A program made the translations under genes and the position numbers. The notes below the pieces were generated by a model that saw only the letters and a program-made list of their open reading frames with translations, did not search any database and was not told where the DNA came from. A DNA stretch of 64,000 bases from a virus: the IMG/VR virus record IMGVR_UViG_3300021959_000022, positions 17,608-81,607 of that record; one strand, written 5' to 3'. Positions 24,893-34,862 of this stretch are shown piece after piece; position 1 is the stretch's first letter, and every line of letters begins with the position of its first letter.

Positions 24893-26285
24893 GTTTCAGG
24901 ACGTTAAAAAATTTTCCAATGAGTTGGATGCTATCAGTCCCAGCATGTGTTTCGCCAAATGGAAGCAGGTCACACTACATCTGCAAACAGGACACAATCA
25001 TTCATGCCATCACCCCAAGACACACAAGACACCCATCGAAGAATTAAAGCAGGATCCTTCTGCCCTACACAACACAGAGTTCAAAAAATCACAGCGAGCA
25101 CTCATGCTCAAAGGACAGAGACCCGCAGAGTGTGACTACTGCTGGCGAGTGGAAGATTCGTCACCCAACAAACAGGTTTTGTCTGACAGATACACCAAGA
25201 GTTATGAACCATGGGCACAGGATTATCGTGATGAGATCGTAAAGACTGGCACGGGCAACATCAATCCTTCGTATCTTGAAGTTTCGTTTTCCAATGTGTG
25301 TAATTTCAAATGTTCCTACTGTGCGCCTGAGATATCCTCAAAGTGGATGGAAGAAATCAAACAGCATGGAGCGTACCCCACTTCCACGAGATTCAATAAT
25401 TTGGAAAACGTGGAAAAACAAAACAAGATGCCCATACCACACAAAGACCCAAATCCATATGTGGACGCTTTTTGGGAATGGTGGCCCGAGCTGTACAAGG
25501 ATCTGAGGGTGTTTAGGATCACGGGCGGAGAGCCGTTGATGACCAAGAACACGTTCAAGGTGCTGGACTATGTGATAGAAAATCCAAATCCCAAGATATC
25601 GATCAACATCAACTCCAATCTGTGTGTGCCCAAAGACATATTAGACAAATTCATAGAAAAAGTCAAAAGGATACAAGGCGAAAACATGATCGCACAGTTC
25701 CAATTGTACACATCTAATGAAGCCAAAGGATCGAGGGCAGAATATATAAGACACGGGTTAGATTACAACCAATGGTTGGATAATTGTAGACGTATTTTAT
25801 CTGAAATCCCCAAATCCAAACTCACAAACATGGCCACATACAATGCTCTCAGTGTGACATCATTCCAAGAATTCATGCAGGATTGGTTACAGTTGAGAAA
25901 AGAATTCATGTCTGGTCCTGAAAGACGCAATCCTGTCAGCCTTGATGTGGCATATCTGAGATGGCCATGGCATCAAAACATACACATCCTGCCCAAATCC
26001 TACAGACAAATGATTGAATCACAGGTGACTTGGATGTACCAAAACAAGGAAGTTGGCGATTGGCCTCCACTGTGTGGCAATGGTTGGTATGATCATGAAA
26101 TCAATAGAATGAAACGCATATATTTTGTGGCCAAGCAAGGTCCGGATCAATCATTTGATGTTGAACAGGCCAAGAAAGATTTTGTTAAGTTTGTGGATGA
26201 ACATGATCGCAGACGTGGCACGAACTTTTTAAAAACATTTCCTGAAATGACTGCTTTCTATCATGAGGTGAAAGATGCAATTTGA
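24885..26285 (+). CDS. Radical SAM protein with N-terminal twitch-like Fe-S domain (#1)
   Basis: CNFKCSYC, 'ITGGEP'; N-terminal 'CFAKW...SCHH...ECDYCW'. Confidence 0.85.
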   Translation: MDEFQDVKKFSNELDAISPSMCFAKWKQVTLHLQTGHNHSCHHPKTHKTPIEELKQDPSALHNTEFKKSQRALMLKGQRPAECDYCWRVEDSSPNKQVLSDRYTKSYEPWAQDYRDEIVKTGTGNINPSYLEVSFSNVCNFKCSYCAPEISSKWMEEIKQHGAYPTSTRFNNLENVEKQNKMPIPHKDPNPYVDAFWEWWPELYKDLRVFRITGGEPLMTKNTFKVLDYVIENPNPKISININSNLCVPKDILDKFIEKVKRIQGENMIAQFQLYTSNEAKGSRAEYIRHGLDYNQWLDNCRRILSEIPKSKLTNMATYNALSVTSFQEFMQDWLQLRKEFMSGPERRNPVSLDVAYLRWPWHQNIHILPKSYRQMIESQVTWMYQNKEVGDWPPLCGNGWYDHEINRMKRIYFVAKQGPDQSFDVEQAKKDFVKFVDEHDRRRGTNFLKTFPEMTAFYHEVKDAI

Positions 26286-26907
26286 TTATATATTAGATAA
26301 TATAGCCAAAGCAGAACTCAAACTCAAACCATGGCCATACATCTCAGTACAAAATTTCCTCAAGGAAGAACATTTGCAACTTTTTATCGATGATTGGCAC
26401 AGCATTGATTGGTTAGAGCATGAAGATAAAAAGGAAGAGTACAAGAGAAATTGGGAAGAACCAAACTGGGTGCGTGATTATTATTCTGAAGAGCACAGCA
26501 AAGAATTAAAAAACTTTTTATCAAGTTTTGAAGTGTTTGACATCATGCAACAGAAATTTGATAGATGGTTTGATTGGAAAAACATATGGGTAAAACGCAT
26601 GTTCAAACGTGATGATCCTGGATGCGGCGATTACAGTCACACAGATGTTTGGATTCATTCGTACATGGTGTTACAAATCTTTTTTCCTGATCAATCATAT
26701 GATAAATTTGGCACAGTGTTGCAGGAATATGAGCATCAGCCACATGATGAAGCAGTTGAACTTCCTCTAAGGAGGAACCAAATGTCGGGTTTTGCAAACA
26801 CACCAACTACTTGGCATGCGGTCAGACCGGGCAACAGGCTAAGGAAAAGTTACATCCAAAGATTTTTATACAAGGACGGACACAACCCATATTACAATGA
26901 GCAGTGA
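26275..26907 (+). CDS. 2OG-Fe(II) oxygenase
   Basis: HxD (HTD), distal 'WHAV', RxS ('RKS'). Confidence 0.7.
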   Translation: MQFDYILDNIAKAELKLKPWPYISVQNFLKEEHLQLFIDDWHSIDWLEHEDKKEEYKRNWEEPNWVRDYYSEEHSKELKNFLSSFEVFDIMQQKFDRWFDWKNIWVKRMFKRDDPGCGDYSHTDVWIHSYMVLQIFFPDQSYDKFGTVLQEYEHQPHDEAVELPLRRNQMSGFANTPTTWHAVRPGNRLRKSYIQRFLYKDGHNPYYNEQ

Positions 26908-28306
26908 TTTATACAATTGGCGTAAAAAAACATTAGACTCTGTGAGTCCTTCTTTCTGTGCGGCCAAATGGTTGAATGCTTCCATACATTTGGGCCATGG
27001 CTACACACATTCCTGTCATTTGCCCATACCACATCCCATAGATCGTGAAGCCATCAAAACAGATCCTTCTGCCATCCACAACACAGAACACAAGAAGAAA
27101 CAGCGAGCCAAGATGCTGTCAGGCATCAGACCCGCTGAGTGTGAATACTGCTGGAAGATTGAAGACATCGGTAGAGAAAACATTTCAGACAGGGTGTACA
27201 AATCCAAGATATACAATCAAGAAGACATTGATGCCATAGCCAAACTGCCACCACAACAGAATGTGATGCCAAGGACACTGGAGATATCATTCGATCGTGT
27301 GTGCAACTTTGCTTGTTCATACTGCAACGCCGGCTATTCCACCACCTGGGGCAAGGACATCAAGACAAATGGAGCCTATCAAAATTTGGTCACAGATGGT
27401 GCGGGTGCTTATCACAACACGGGTGAATGGGCAGAACCATACGGACCATTAAATGAAGGCAATCCCTATGTGGAAGCATTCTTCCGTTGGTGGCCAGAAC
27501 TTTCTAAACACCTACAAGAGTTACGAATAACTGGTGGCGAGCCCATGATGGGCAACGGATTATGGCGACTACTCCAATCCATGTCCAAACAATCATTGCC
27601 ATCGATGAGATTCGCGGTGAACAGCAATTTGGGTATCAAGAAAGAACTTTTGAACAAATTGATTGGATACACACATCAATTGGACGTCAAGTCTTTCGAT
27701 TTGTACACTTCTTGTGAAGCATACGGCACACAGGCGGAATACATCCGCGATGGATTGAATTACAACGAATGGAGATCGAATCTTGTGGCTTTCATGGACA
27801 ATGCAAATTTTAGATCAGTGACTATGATGATGACGATAACTTCTTTGAGTCTATTTTCTATTGTTGATTTTATGGATGATATGATCGAGTTGAAAGAAAA
27901 ATACGGTCACAATCGACCTTTGCTTGATCTAAACATATTAAGGTGGCCGTCATTTATGAGTCCTCTGGCATTACCTGATGACATCAAAGATTATTGCAGA
28001 ACAAAATTAAAATATTGGTATGCCACCCATAAGCATCATGAATTACTGGGTGAAGGTGAGTTGGCACAGATACAAAGATTGATTGACTACATAGAAACAG
28101 TGGATAAACCACATCGCAGAACCACAGAAGACAAGGCCAAACTACAGGCAGATTTTAAAAGTTTTTATCAACAATATGATCAGAGACGTGGCAAAGACAT
28201 CAACAAGGCCTTTCCACCTGTACTAACTGACTGGCTGAACACTGTTGAAATACAGCATAAAGAATCCAAAACCATATCACAGGGTATTTCTAACTATGAA
28301 GATTAA
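26897..28306 (+). CDS. Radical SAM protein with N-terminal twitch-like domain (#2)
   Basis: CNFACSYC, 'ITGGEP'; N-terminal 'CAAKW...SCHL...ECEYCW'; close paralog of 24885. Confidence 0.85.
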   Translation: MSSDLYNWRKKTLDSVSPSFCAAKWLNASIHLGHGYTHSCHLPIPHPIDREAIKTDPSAIHNTEHKKKQRAKMLSGIRPAECEYCWKIEDIGRENISDRVYKSKIYNQEDIDAIAKLPPQQNVMPRTLEISFDRVCNFACSYCNAGYSTTWGKDIKTNGAYQNLVTDGAGAYHNTGEWAEPYGPLNEGNPYVEAFFRWWPELSKHLQELRITGGEPMMGNGLWRLLQSMSKQSLPSMRFAVNSNLGIKKELLNKLIGYTHQLDVKSFDLYTSCEAYGTQAEYIRDGLNYNEWRSNLVAFMDNANFRSVTMMMTITSLSLFSIVDFMDDMIELKEKYGHNRPLLDLNILRWPSFMSPLALPDDIKDYCRTKLKYWYATHKHHELLGEGELAQIQRLIDYIETVDKPHRRTTEDKAKLQADFKSFYQQYDQRRGKDINKAFPPVLTDWLNTVEIQHKESKTISQGISNYED

Positions 28307-29570
28307 TGTTGCATATGATAGGTTGGGTGAGTATAATCTATCTCACACGGAACTCCATGATCGTTTCAAGAATGCACCAAAATGGATAGAGTTTGACTTT
28401 GATCAAGTCGAGGAAAACACAATACAATATTTTTGCTCCAAGAATGAAAAATTTGTGTACAATCTCGGCACCATCGGTGGACCAAAATGGTGGTTGTGTG
28501 GCGGCAAAGGCAAATTGTTTGACTACTTTTCTACCGAATTGATTGCACAAGCACAACAAGGCAATGCTTGGATACACATTGATCAATCCATGGAGGGATT
28601 TCCCCTTTTAGAAATTCAAACACCATACAACAAAACAAGGATAGTTGATGCATTTAAAATGTTGCATGATAATCTTGAAACCTATAATATCAATCCGAGT
28701 CAATTGATCTACAGCACATCCAATTTGATAGAAAGATACAATTATCATTCTTGGTGCAGGGAACACAATGTGAGTAAAAAATTCCATATGGTCATTATAC
28801 CGTTTTTTGCCTGTGCGACTCAGCAGAGTGGATTCTTTGATTGGGTGGATAGACCAGACTACAGAGATGATCCGCACAATGTTCTGCTCCAAGATCAGAT
28901 CAACTATAAGGCCACACACGAAATTTCACTGCTGAACTGTTTGAATCGTGTGCAAAGGACACACAGAGCACCGTTCGTGGCCATGCTAAATTACTATAAT
29001 TTGATCGAAGGAAATATAGTGAGCCATGACAATCTTGAAACTCATTTGAAAAACACAATTAAAATTTACAATTGGTCGGATCATCCTTCTTTCAATGACC
29101 CTAATTTTTCCGATTTGAAATCTAAACTTCCTTTGACGTATGACATGAAAGATTTTTCTGTAAATCATGCACAAAATTTGAACAAGGAAATATATCTTAA
29201 AACATATGTGAGTGTGATTACTGAAACTCTTTATGAAGATTGGAAACCAACAGTGTTCTTTTCTGAAAAGATATTCAAACCCATGAGAGCACATCACCCA
29301 TTTATATTAGTGTGCCATCAACACGGCCTGCATTGGCTTAAAAGATTAGGGTTTAAAACTTTTAACCAATGGTGGGATGAATCCTACGATGATGAATCCG
29401 ATCCAGTAAAAAGAATGGAAAAAGTTTGCATGGTTTTGAAAGATCTCAAAAAGTTATCTGTGCATGAATGGGTATGGTTGTATGAACAAATGAGCGAAAC
29501 ACTGACACACAATTACAACCATTTATTGAATACTAAGTGGTTCCAAGGAAAATATCATGACATCTTTTAA
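28296..29570 (+). CDS. Hypothetical protein, possibly glycosyltransferase-like
   Basis: C-terminal 'VITETL...FFSEKIFKP...HPFI...LGFKTF...DESYD' resembles the 'TEK' motif region of GT10-type fucosyltransferases; start set at ATG 28296. Confidence 0.4.
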   Translation: MKINVAYDRLGEYNLSHTELHDRFKNAPKWIEFDFDQVEENTIQYFCSKNEKFVYNLGTIGGPKWWLCGGKGKLFDYFSTELIAQAQQGNAWIHIDQSMEGFPLLEIQTPYNKTRIVDAFKMLHDNLETYNINPSQLIYSTSNLIERYNYHSWCREHNVSKKFHMVIIPFFACATQQSGFFDWVDRPDYRDDPHNVLLQDQINYKATHEISLLNCLNRVQRTHRAPFVAMLNYYNLIEGNIVSHDNLETHLKNTIKIYNWSDHPSFNDPNFSDLKSKLPLTYDMKDFSVNHAQNLNKEIYLKTYVSVITETLYEDWKPTVFFSEKIFKPMRAHHPFILVCHQHGLHWLKRLGFKTFNQWWDESYDDESDPVKRMEKVCMVLKDLKKLSVHEWVWLYEQMSETLTHNYNHLLNTKWFQGKYHDIF

Positions 29571-30369
29571 AAGAGTGTTTTGTTTTGGTTGTTCGTTCAC
29601 AGAGTATCAATGGCCCACGTGGGCGACCATTCTGCAAAAAGATCTCGATGTACCTGTGTACAATTGGGGGCTGTGTGGCATAGGCAACAGGGGAATACTT
29701 TCCAAAATGGTGCAGGCAGATGTCAAGCATGGTTTCAACCAAGATGATCTAATCATGGTGGTTTGGACTTCATGGACCAGAGAGGACAGATACATCCAGG
29801 GGCATTGGCGTAATCATGGTAATTTGCTCAACCAGGATTTCTATGACAGGAACTTCATCAGCAGATATTGGGATTGGGAAAACGATATAATCAACAACTC
29901 AACCTGCATAATCTCTGCCAATCTTGCTTACAAACCATGGTTAAATGGATCGATTGTAAAAACTGATAAACCACAAGATCTTTACATACCAAATCAAACA
30001 GACAAGGACAAGATAGAACTGCAAAACCAGAGGAACATGATAGATTTTTATGTGTCAAAATTACCAAAGATGCAATACTTTGACATGAACGAGAATTCGT
30101 ATTATAATAACACAACAACAGATGGTCATCCGGATATTATGTTGCACAAAAAATTTGTTTTAGAAAAAATTTATCAACCATTGGGTATAGAAATGAAGAA
30201 TACCACCCATCAAGACATACAAACATTCTATGATCATGCTGTTGAAAAGTTTTCTTCCTTCAAAGATCAAAAGTATGCTTGGGAAAAAATGGTAGATGCC
30301 TGCAAGGATCTTTGGCACCACGGAGATTGGCAGAGATCGAGGATAGACGATTGGAACACAAATGTATGA
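29557..30369 (+). CDS. SGNH/GDSL-like hydrolase or acyltransferase
   Basis: Block I 'FGCSFT', block II 'NWGLCGIGN', catalytic-type 'DGHP'. Confidence 0.55.
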   Translation: MTSFKRVFCFGCSFTEYQWPTWATILQKDLDVPVYNWGLCGIGNRGILSKMVQADVKHGFNQDDLIMVVWTSWTREDRYIQGHWRNHGNLLNQDFYDRNFISRYWDWENDIINNSTCIISANLAYKPWLNGSIVKTDKPQDLYIPNQTDKDKIELQNQRNMIDFYVSKLPKMQYFDMNENSYYNNTTTDGHPDIMLHKKFVLEKIYQPLGIEMKNTTHQDIQTFYDHAVEKFSSFKDQKYAWEKMVDACKDLWHHGDWQRSRIDDWNTNV

Positions 30370-31042
30370 TGTAATCTTTATAAGTTACAATGAACCGGCC
30401 GCTGATCAGGCCTGGAAAAAATTATTAGCAAGATGTCCGATGGCCAAAAGGGTGCATGGAATCAAAGGCATACACAACGCTCACGTGGCGGGCGCCAAAT
30501 TGGCATTCACAAAAATGGTATGGTTTGTTGATGCTGATGCTGACGTGATGGATGATTTCGACTTTGGATACACAGTCAGCCAATGGGATTTAGAAACAGT
30601 GCATGTGTGGAGATCACAAAATCCTGTGAACGGATTGATATATGGCTATGGAGGACTCAAACTGTTTCCAAGGCACTTGACAATCAATCAAGACACTTCG
30701 AGACCCGACATGACAACATCGCTGTCAAAAAGTTTTAAAGCAATGAAAACAATTTCATGTACTACAGCGTTTAATGTTGATCCTTTCAATACATTTAAAT
30801 CTGCTTTCAGAGAATGCTGTAAGTTATCGTCAAAGGTAATTGACAGACAAAAGGACACAGAAACAGAACACAGATTGGATGTATGGTGTACTGTAGGCGA
30901 AGACAAGCCATTCGGCAAGTATGCTCTGCAAGGAGCCCAACTCGGTCGTCAGTATGGGTACGACAACAAAAATGATGTTCAGGCATTATACAAAATTAAT
31001 GATTATGAATGGTTAAAGGAGCAGTTTGATGGATCCTGTTGA
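30362..31042 (+). CDS. Putative glycosyltransferase (paralog of 23969)
   Basis: 'VIFISYNEP', 'RVHGIKG', 'WFVDAD', 'NGLIYGYGGLK', 'SAFRECCKL'. Confidence 0.55.
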   Translation: MYDVIFISYNEPAADQAWKKLLARCPMAKRVHGIKGIHNAHVAGAKLAFTKMVWFVDADADVMDDFDFGYTVSQWDLETVHVWRSQNPVNGLIYGYGGLKLFPRHLTINQDTSRPDMTTSLSKSFKAMKTISCTTAFNVDPFNTFKSAFRECCKLSSKVIDRQKDTETEHRLDVWCTVGEDKPFGKYALQGAQLGRQYGYDNKNDVQALYKINDYEWLKEQFDGSC

Positions 31043-31931
31043 AATACTGTCGAGGTGTAAACTACTTTTCGAGGAAAACCAACAGTTCGATGACCTAAGG
31101 AAATCTGTCGTAAATCAAGATCTCAACAGCATCTTTAGACACATTGGTGATGACAAGTTTGAAGATCTTAGGAAAGCAGTTGTAGAAAATAATTTACACA
31201 GTCTTTTTAGACTGCTGGGTGACGAACATGAAGATTTGAGGAAAATGGTGATAGAAAAAAATCATTTTTCATTGATTAGATCATTGCAGAATTTATCCGA
31301 TTCGAGGATGATAGATGTGTTCGACATGATAACCAAGGATGAAACCATTGATCCGGACTGCGTGAGCAGGAGTCAGATACGATGCAAAAAATGGTTGGTT
31401 GAAGAATTGGAAAAACACAACTTGGACTTGGGCACTGTGTTCTTGTGTGCGGGTTGGTATGGTTTGTTGGCTGTGATGATGTTCGAATCTAAACTCAAAT
31501 TCACTAAGATAAGAAACTTCGATGTGGATGACAAGTGTAGGTTGATCGCTGAAAAGTTTAACAATCCGTGGGTGGTAGATGATTGGAAGTACAAACACTG
31601 CACCCAAGACATCCATGAAATAAATTATGACACACATGTCTACAATGTGTTGCGTGGAAATGGCACTCCTTGTGAATTGACCGACTCACCAGATACCATC
31701 ATCAACACCAGTTGTGAACACATAGAAAATTTTGATGCATGGTACAGCAAAATCCCCGCTGGCAAGTTGGTGATACTGCAAACAAACAATTACAAAGACA
31801 TCCAAGAACACATCAACTGCGTCAAGGATGTAGACGAGTTCGTTGGGCAAACACCCATGAACCAAAGACTGTTCCACGGAGAACTCGAAACCCCTAATTA
31901 CAAAAGGTTTATGACATTTGGATACAAGTAA
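31029..31931 (+). CDS. Class I SAM-dependent methyltransferase-like protein with N-terminal triple repeat
   Basis: 'FLCAGWYG' motif I variant, acidic 'FDVD', 'INTSCEH'; three ~23-aa repeats '(F/H)(D/E)DLRK.V'. Confidence 0.5.
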   Translation: MDPVEILSRCKLLFEENQQFDDLRKSVVNQDLNSIFRHIGDDKFEDLRKAVVENNLHSLFRLLGDEHEDLRKMVIEKNHFSLIRSLQNLSDSRMIDVFDMITKDETIDPDCVSRSQIRCKKWLVEELEKHNLDLGTVFLCAGWYGLLAVMMFESKLKFTKIRNFDVDDKCRLIAEKFNNPWVVDDWKYKHCTQDIHEINYDTHVYNVLRGNGTPCELTDSPDTIINTSCEHIENFDAWYSKIPAGKLVILQTNNYKDIQEHINCVKDVDEFVGQTPMNQRLFHGELETPNYKRFMTFGYK

Positions 31932-32139
31932 TCTCACTCTCAGACAAATGCAAATGGAGTCTGCCCGGGCGTTAGTGGTCATGGAAGCAACCAATAACAA
32001 TCTTTCCAAGTTCAACCACACAGCCAGCCACGACAGCCAAAATTGGTACAGAGCCGTGATAGAATGGTATGTTGATCAATACGGAGATCTGCCCAGCAAG
32101 ACAGGTCCGGCCAAAGATGTCAAATTATTGGCCGAATAA
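31918..32139 (+). CDS. Small hypothetical protein
   Basis: 73-aa ORF overlapping the upstream gene. Confidence 0.55.
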   Translation: MDTSNLTLRQMQMESARALVVMEATNNNLSKFNHTASHDSQNWYRAVIEWYVDQYGDLPSKTGPAKDVKLLAE

Positions 32140-32142
32140 ATA
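32137..32142 (+). promoter_or_regulatory. Possible late promoter core (TAAATA)
   Basis: AATAAATA 5 nt before ATG 32148; overlaps a TAA stop, so chance occurrence is plausible. Confidence 0.35.
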
Positions 32143-32147
32143 TCCAT

Positions 32148-32771
32148 ATGCAATGGGAAGATATTCTAAAATCCAAACATCAAACATTTACTTTTACTGA
32201 TCGAGTTCCTGACAAATCATTAATAGACAAGATAGTCCAGGAAATCCATGCCAAGTGCCCGTCAAAACAGAACAGAGTGCTGTATGATCTTAAAATATTA
32301 GATTGGTCCGACGAAGAACTTCGTTTGGATTTGTACAAGAGCACAGAACGAGACCCTAATGGAAGGAGGGCCGGCGAGTACAATCCTCAGACGTTAGCCC
32401 CATATCTGTTCGTTTGGTCTGCACGTGAAATAAAACCAATGACAAATTCATACGGTGAAGACTCGAACCCTGAATACAAAGATCCACAATGGCAGTTTAG
32501 TGTTACCAACATGGAGATAGGAATTTGTAGCATGTTCACAGTTTTGTCCGCACAGGCCAAAGGTTTGTCGTCAGGATTCTGCAAGTGCATCCAAACACCA
32601 TCCATAGAAGAAAAATATGGTTTTACACCATTGCTGTTTTTAGGAATTGGTTACAGTTATGATCTACCAAAGAAAATGTTCTATTGTCCTGTGAACAAAA
32701 AAAATATGGAAGTGCCCTATGGCAGTGAGGTAAAGCCAGAGGTTGATTCTTACATATCTTATAGTGTATAA
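32148..32771 (+). CDS. Nitroreductase-family flavoprotein
   Basis: N-terminal 'KHQTFTF...CPSKQN' and 'IGI...LSAQAKGLSSGFC...LGIGY' follow the nitroreductase pattern. Confidence 0.65.
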   Translation: MQWEDILKSKHQTFTFTDRVPDKSLIDKIVQEIHAKCPSKQNRVLYDLKILDWSDEELRLDLYKSTERDPNGRRAGEYNPQTLAPYLFVWSAREIKPMTNSYGEDSNPEYKDPQWQFSVTNMEIGICSMFTVLSAQAKGLSSGFCKCIQTPSIEEKYGFTPLLFLGIGYSYDLPKKMFYCPVNKKNMEVPYGSEVKPEVDSYISYSV

Positions 32772-32772
32772 T
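32743..32772 (+). promoter_or_regulatory. Sigma70-type promoter
   Basis: TTGATT-18 nt-TATAAT, 7 nt before ATG 32780. Confidence 0.5.
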
Positions 32773-32779
32773 AGTTTTA

Positions 32780-33856
32780 ATGTATAGATTGCAAGACATC
32801 AGACAGGTACATCTTGAGATCACACAAAAATGCCAAGCGGCTTGCCCGATGTGTGACAGGAACCAGAATGGGGGTGCTCTCAATCCACACATCAATCTTG
32901 ATGAATTAAGTCTAAAGGATTGCATGGATATCTTTCCATTTTCTTTTGTTCAACAACTGGATTCAATGTACATGTGTGGCAATTTGGGAGATGCCATCGT
33001 GGCAAAGGATACGCTTGAAGTGTTCGAGTACTTTAGGAACTGCAATCCAAACATGCATTTGAGTTTGAACACAAACGCCGGTGCCAGAGAGCCGGAATGG
33101 TGGGATAATTTAGCAAAGGTTCTTGGTAAGAATGGACACGTCATCTTCTCAGTGGATGGTTTGCAAGACACCAATCACATCTATAGGCAACATGTGCAAT
33201 GGTCAAAAGTGGAGCAATCCATGGATGCATTCATCGGAGCAGGTGGAAGGGCACGATGGGATTTCCTCATATTTGAGCACAATCAACATCAAGTCGAGGA
33301 GGCTGAAAAAATTGCCAAGCAAAAAGGGTTCGAGAAGTTTGTGGCCAAGAAGACAGGTAGATTCGTGACCACCCAGAGCGATGCCAAACAATCGCATCAA
33401 GCAAAAAACAGGAAAGGCGATGACACTGCTGAATTAAAGAAACCCGATGAAAAGTATCAAAACGAAGCACTCAAAAAACAACAGTCCATAATCGACAAGT
33501 ATGGTTCGATGGATGCTTACTATGACGCTGTGCCGATATCATGCAAGGTGGCCAAATCTAAGTCAATATATGTTTCGGCGGAAGGCTTGGTGCTTCCCTG
33601 TTGCTGGACCGCAGGCAGGATGTACAAATGGTGGCACAAAGATCCCAAGGTGGAACCAATATGGTCATTGATCGACGGATTGGGAGGCAAGCAGGTTCTC
33701 GATGCAAAGAATGGTATATCTAAAGTTTTTGACAGTGGCATATTCGATCAAATACAAGACAGTTGGAATCAATCTTCTTGTTCACAAGGCAAACTCAAAG
33801 TCTGTGCGATGAAGTGCGGAGTAGAATGGGATCCTTACACAGAGCAATTTAGGTAG
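32780..33856 (+). CDS. Radical SAM protein with C-terminal SPASM/twitch domain (#3)
   Basis: CQAACPMC, 'MCGNLGD', 'FSVDG'; C-terminal 'ISCK...GLVLPCCW...CAMKC'. Confidence 0.85.
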   Translation: MYRLQDIRQVHLEITQKCQAACPMCDRNQNGGALNPHINLDELSLKDCMDIFPFSFVQQLDSMYMCGNLGDAIVAKDTLEVFEYFRNCNPNMHLSLNTNAGAREPEWWDNLAKVLGKNGHVIFSVDGLQDTNHIYRQHVQWSKVEQSMDAFIGAGGRARWDFLIFEHNQHQVEEAEKIAKQKGFEKFVAKKTGRFVTTQSDAKQSHQAKNRKGDDTAELKKPDEKYQNEALKKQQSIIDKYGSMDAYYDAVPISCKVAKSKSIYVSAEGLVLPCCWTAGRMYKWWHKDPKVEPIWSLIDGLGGKQVLDAKNGISKVFDSGIFDQIQDSWNQSSCSQGKLKVCAMKCGVEWDPYTEQFR

Positions 33857-33860
33857 TAAC

Positions 33861-34862
33861 ATGGAAGTACACAAAAAACCTTACGCACATTTGATTATCA
33901 AGAATCACATGCCAGATGTAGATTTTCAACGCTGTAAAGACAGCATCGTGTTTGATGAGATAAAGGCATACTGCGATGATCCCCAAGTGCATGAACACGA
34001 CAACGCACTGCACGGAAACTATTCTATGCCAACCGATTTGACCAAAGACGCACAATGGCTGTTCGATTATTTTGCAAACCAGGAAATGTATGATATGGTC
34101 ACACAGGCACTGTATGGACAAAGATTACAGCCGGATCATTCCTACATCAATCTGCATTGGGACAATGCAGACACCAGACTCGGAATCCACAACGATCAAA
34201 AAAAATATAGATGGTTGGTCACTGGCCAGTTGTACATCAGTGGATACGAAAAGGACGGAGTGATTTTGCAGGATGACAATCTCAACGAAATAACACAAGT
34301 CCCGTTGGAACCAAATCTTTTCTACGCCATGGCGACATCCATGTATTCATGGCATCACGTTAAGCACCTCAAAGAAGACAAGGTCAGCATACTGGTGAGG
34401 TTTGGCAAGAAACAAATCAACACCATTACGAATTATGATGAAGGTACGGATTACGGTATAATCATACACAATGACAATCACTTCGATGGACATTATAGCA
34501 AGATTGGGATGAGAATGGCCAACATCACTGAAGCATGGTTGTATAATCAAGGATACAAGAACATACACATGAGTGAATGGCGCAATCCTGCAAGTTTAGA
34601 AAAATTGAAATCGTACTGCGACAAGTATTACAAAAGAACTATAATTGTCCCCAGTGGTTATCTATCCAACAAAAACATTTTGACAGACAGCATAAACGAA
34701 AATGATGTTGAAAGAATAACAGAAGACAACATAAAGAAACACGCCGAGTTGATATTTTCGCGAGACAAGTACGTGAATTCGAGATTCAGAGCGGGAGAGA
34801 TCATAATGAAAAGTTTCAATCCACTCGCCCACTTTACAAACACAAAGGAAAAGATACTGTAA
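33861..34862 (+). CDS. 2OG-Fe(II) oxygenase with extra C-terminal domain
   Basis: 'IHND' HxD, 'SWHHV'; N-terminus 'KKPYAHLIIKN' resembles 26275 and 50286. Confidence 0.6.
   Translation: MEVHKKPYAHLIIKNHMPDVDFQRCKDSIVFDEIKAYCDDPQVHEHDNALHGNYSMPTDLTKDAQWLFDYFANQEMYDMVTQALYGQRLQPDHSYINLHWDNADTRLGIHNDQKKYRWLVTGQLYISGYEKDGVILQDDNLNEITQVPLEPNLFYAMATSMYSWHHVKHLKEDKVSILVRFGKKQINTITNYDEGTDYGIIIHNDNHFDGHYSKIGMRMANITEAWLYNQGYKNIHMSEWRNPASLEKLKSYCDKYYKRTIIVPSGYLSNKNILTDSINENDVERITEDNIKKHAELIFSRDKYVNSRFRAGEIIMKSFNPLAHFTNTKEKIL

Noticed and set aside
21365-32139. RiPP precursor peptide for the rSAM/SPASM enzymes (e.g. the 73-aa ORF at 31918)
   Set aside because: No leader/core pattern, RRE domain, peptidase or exporter recognised; not excluded, but unsupported.
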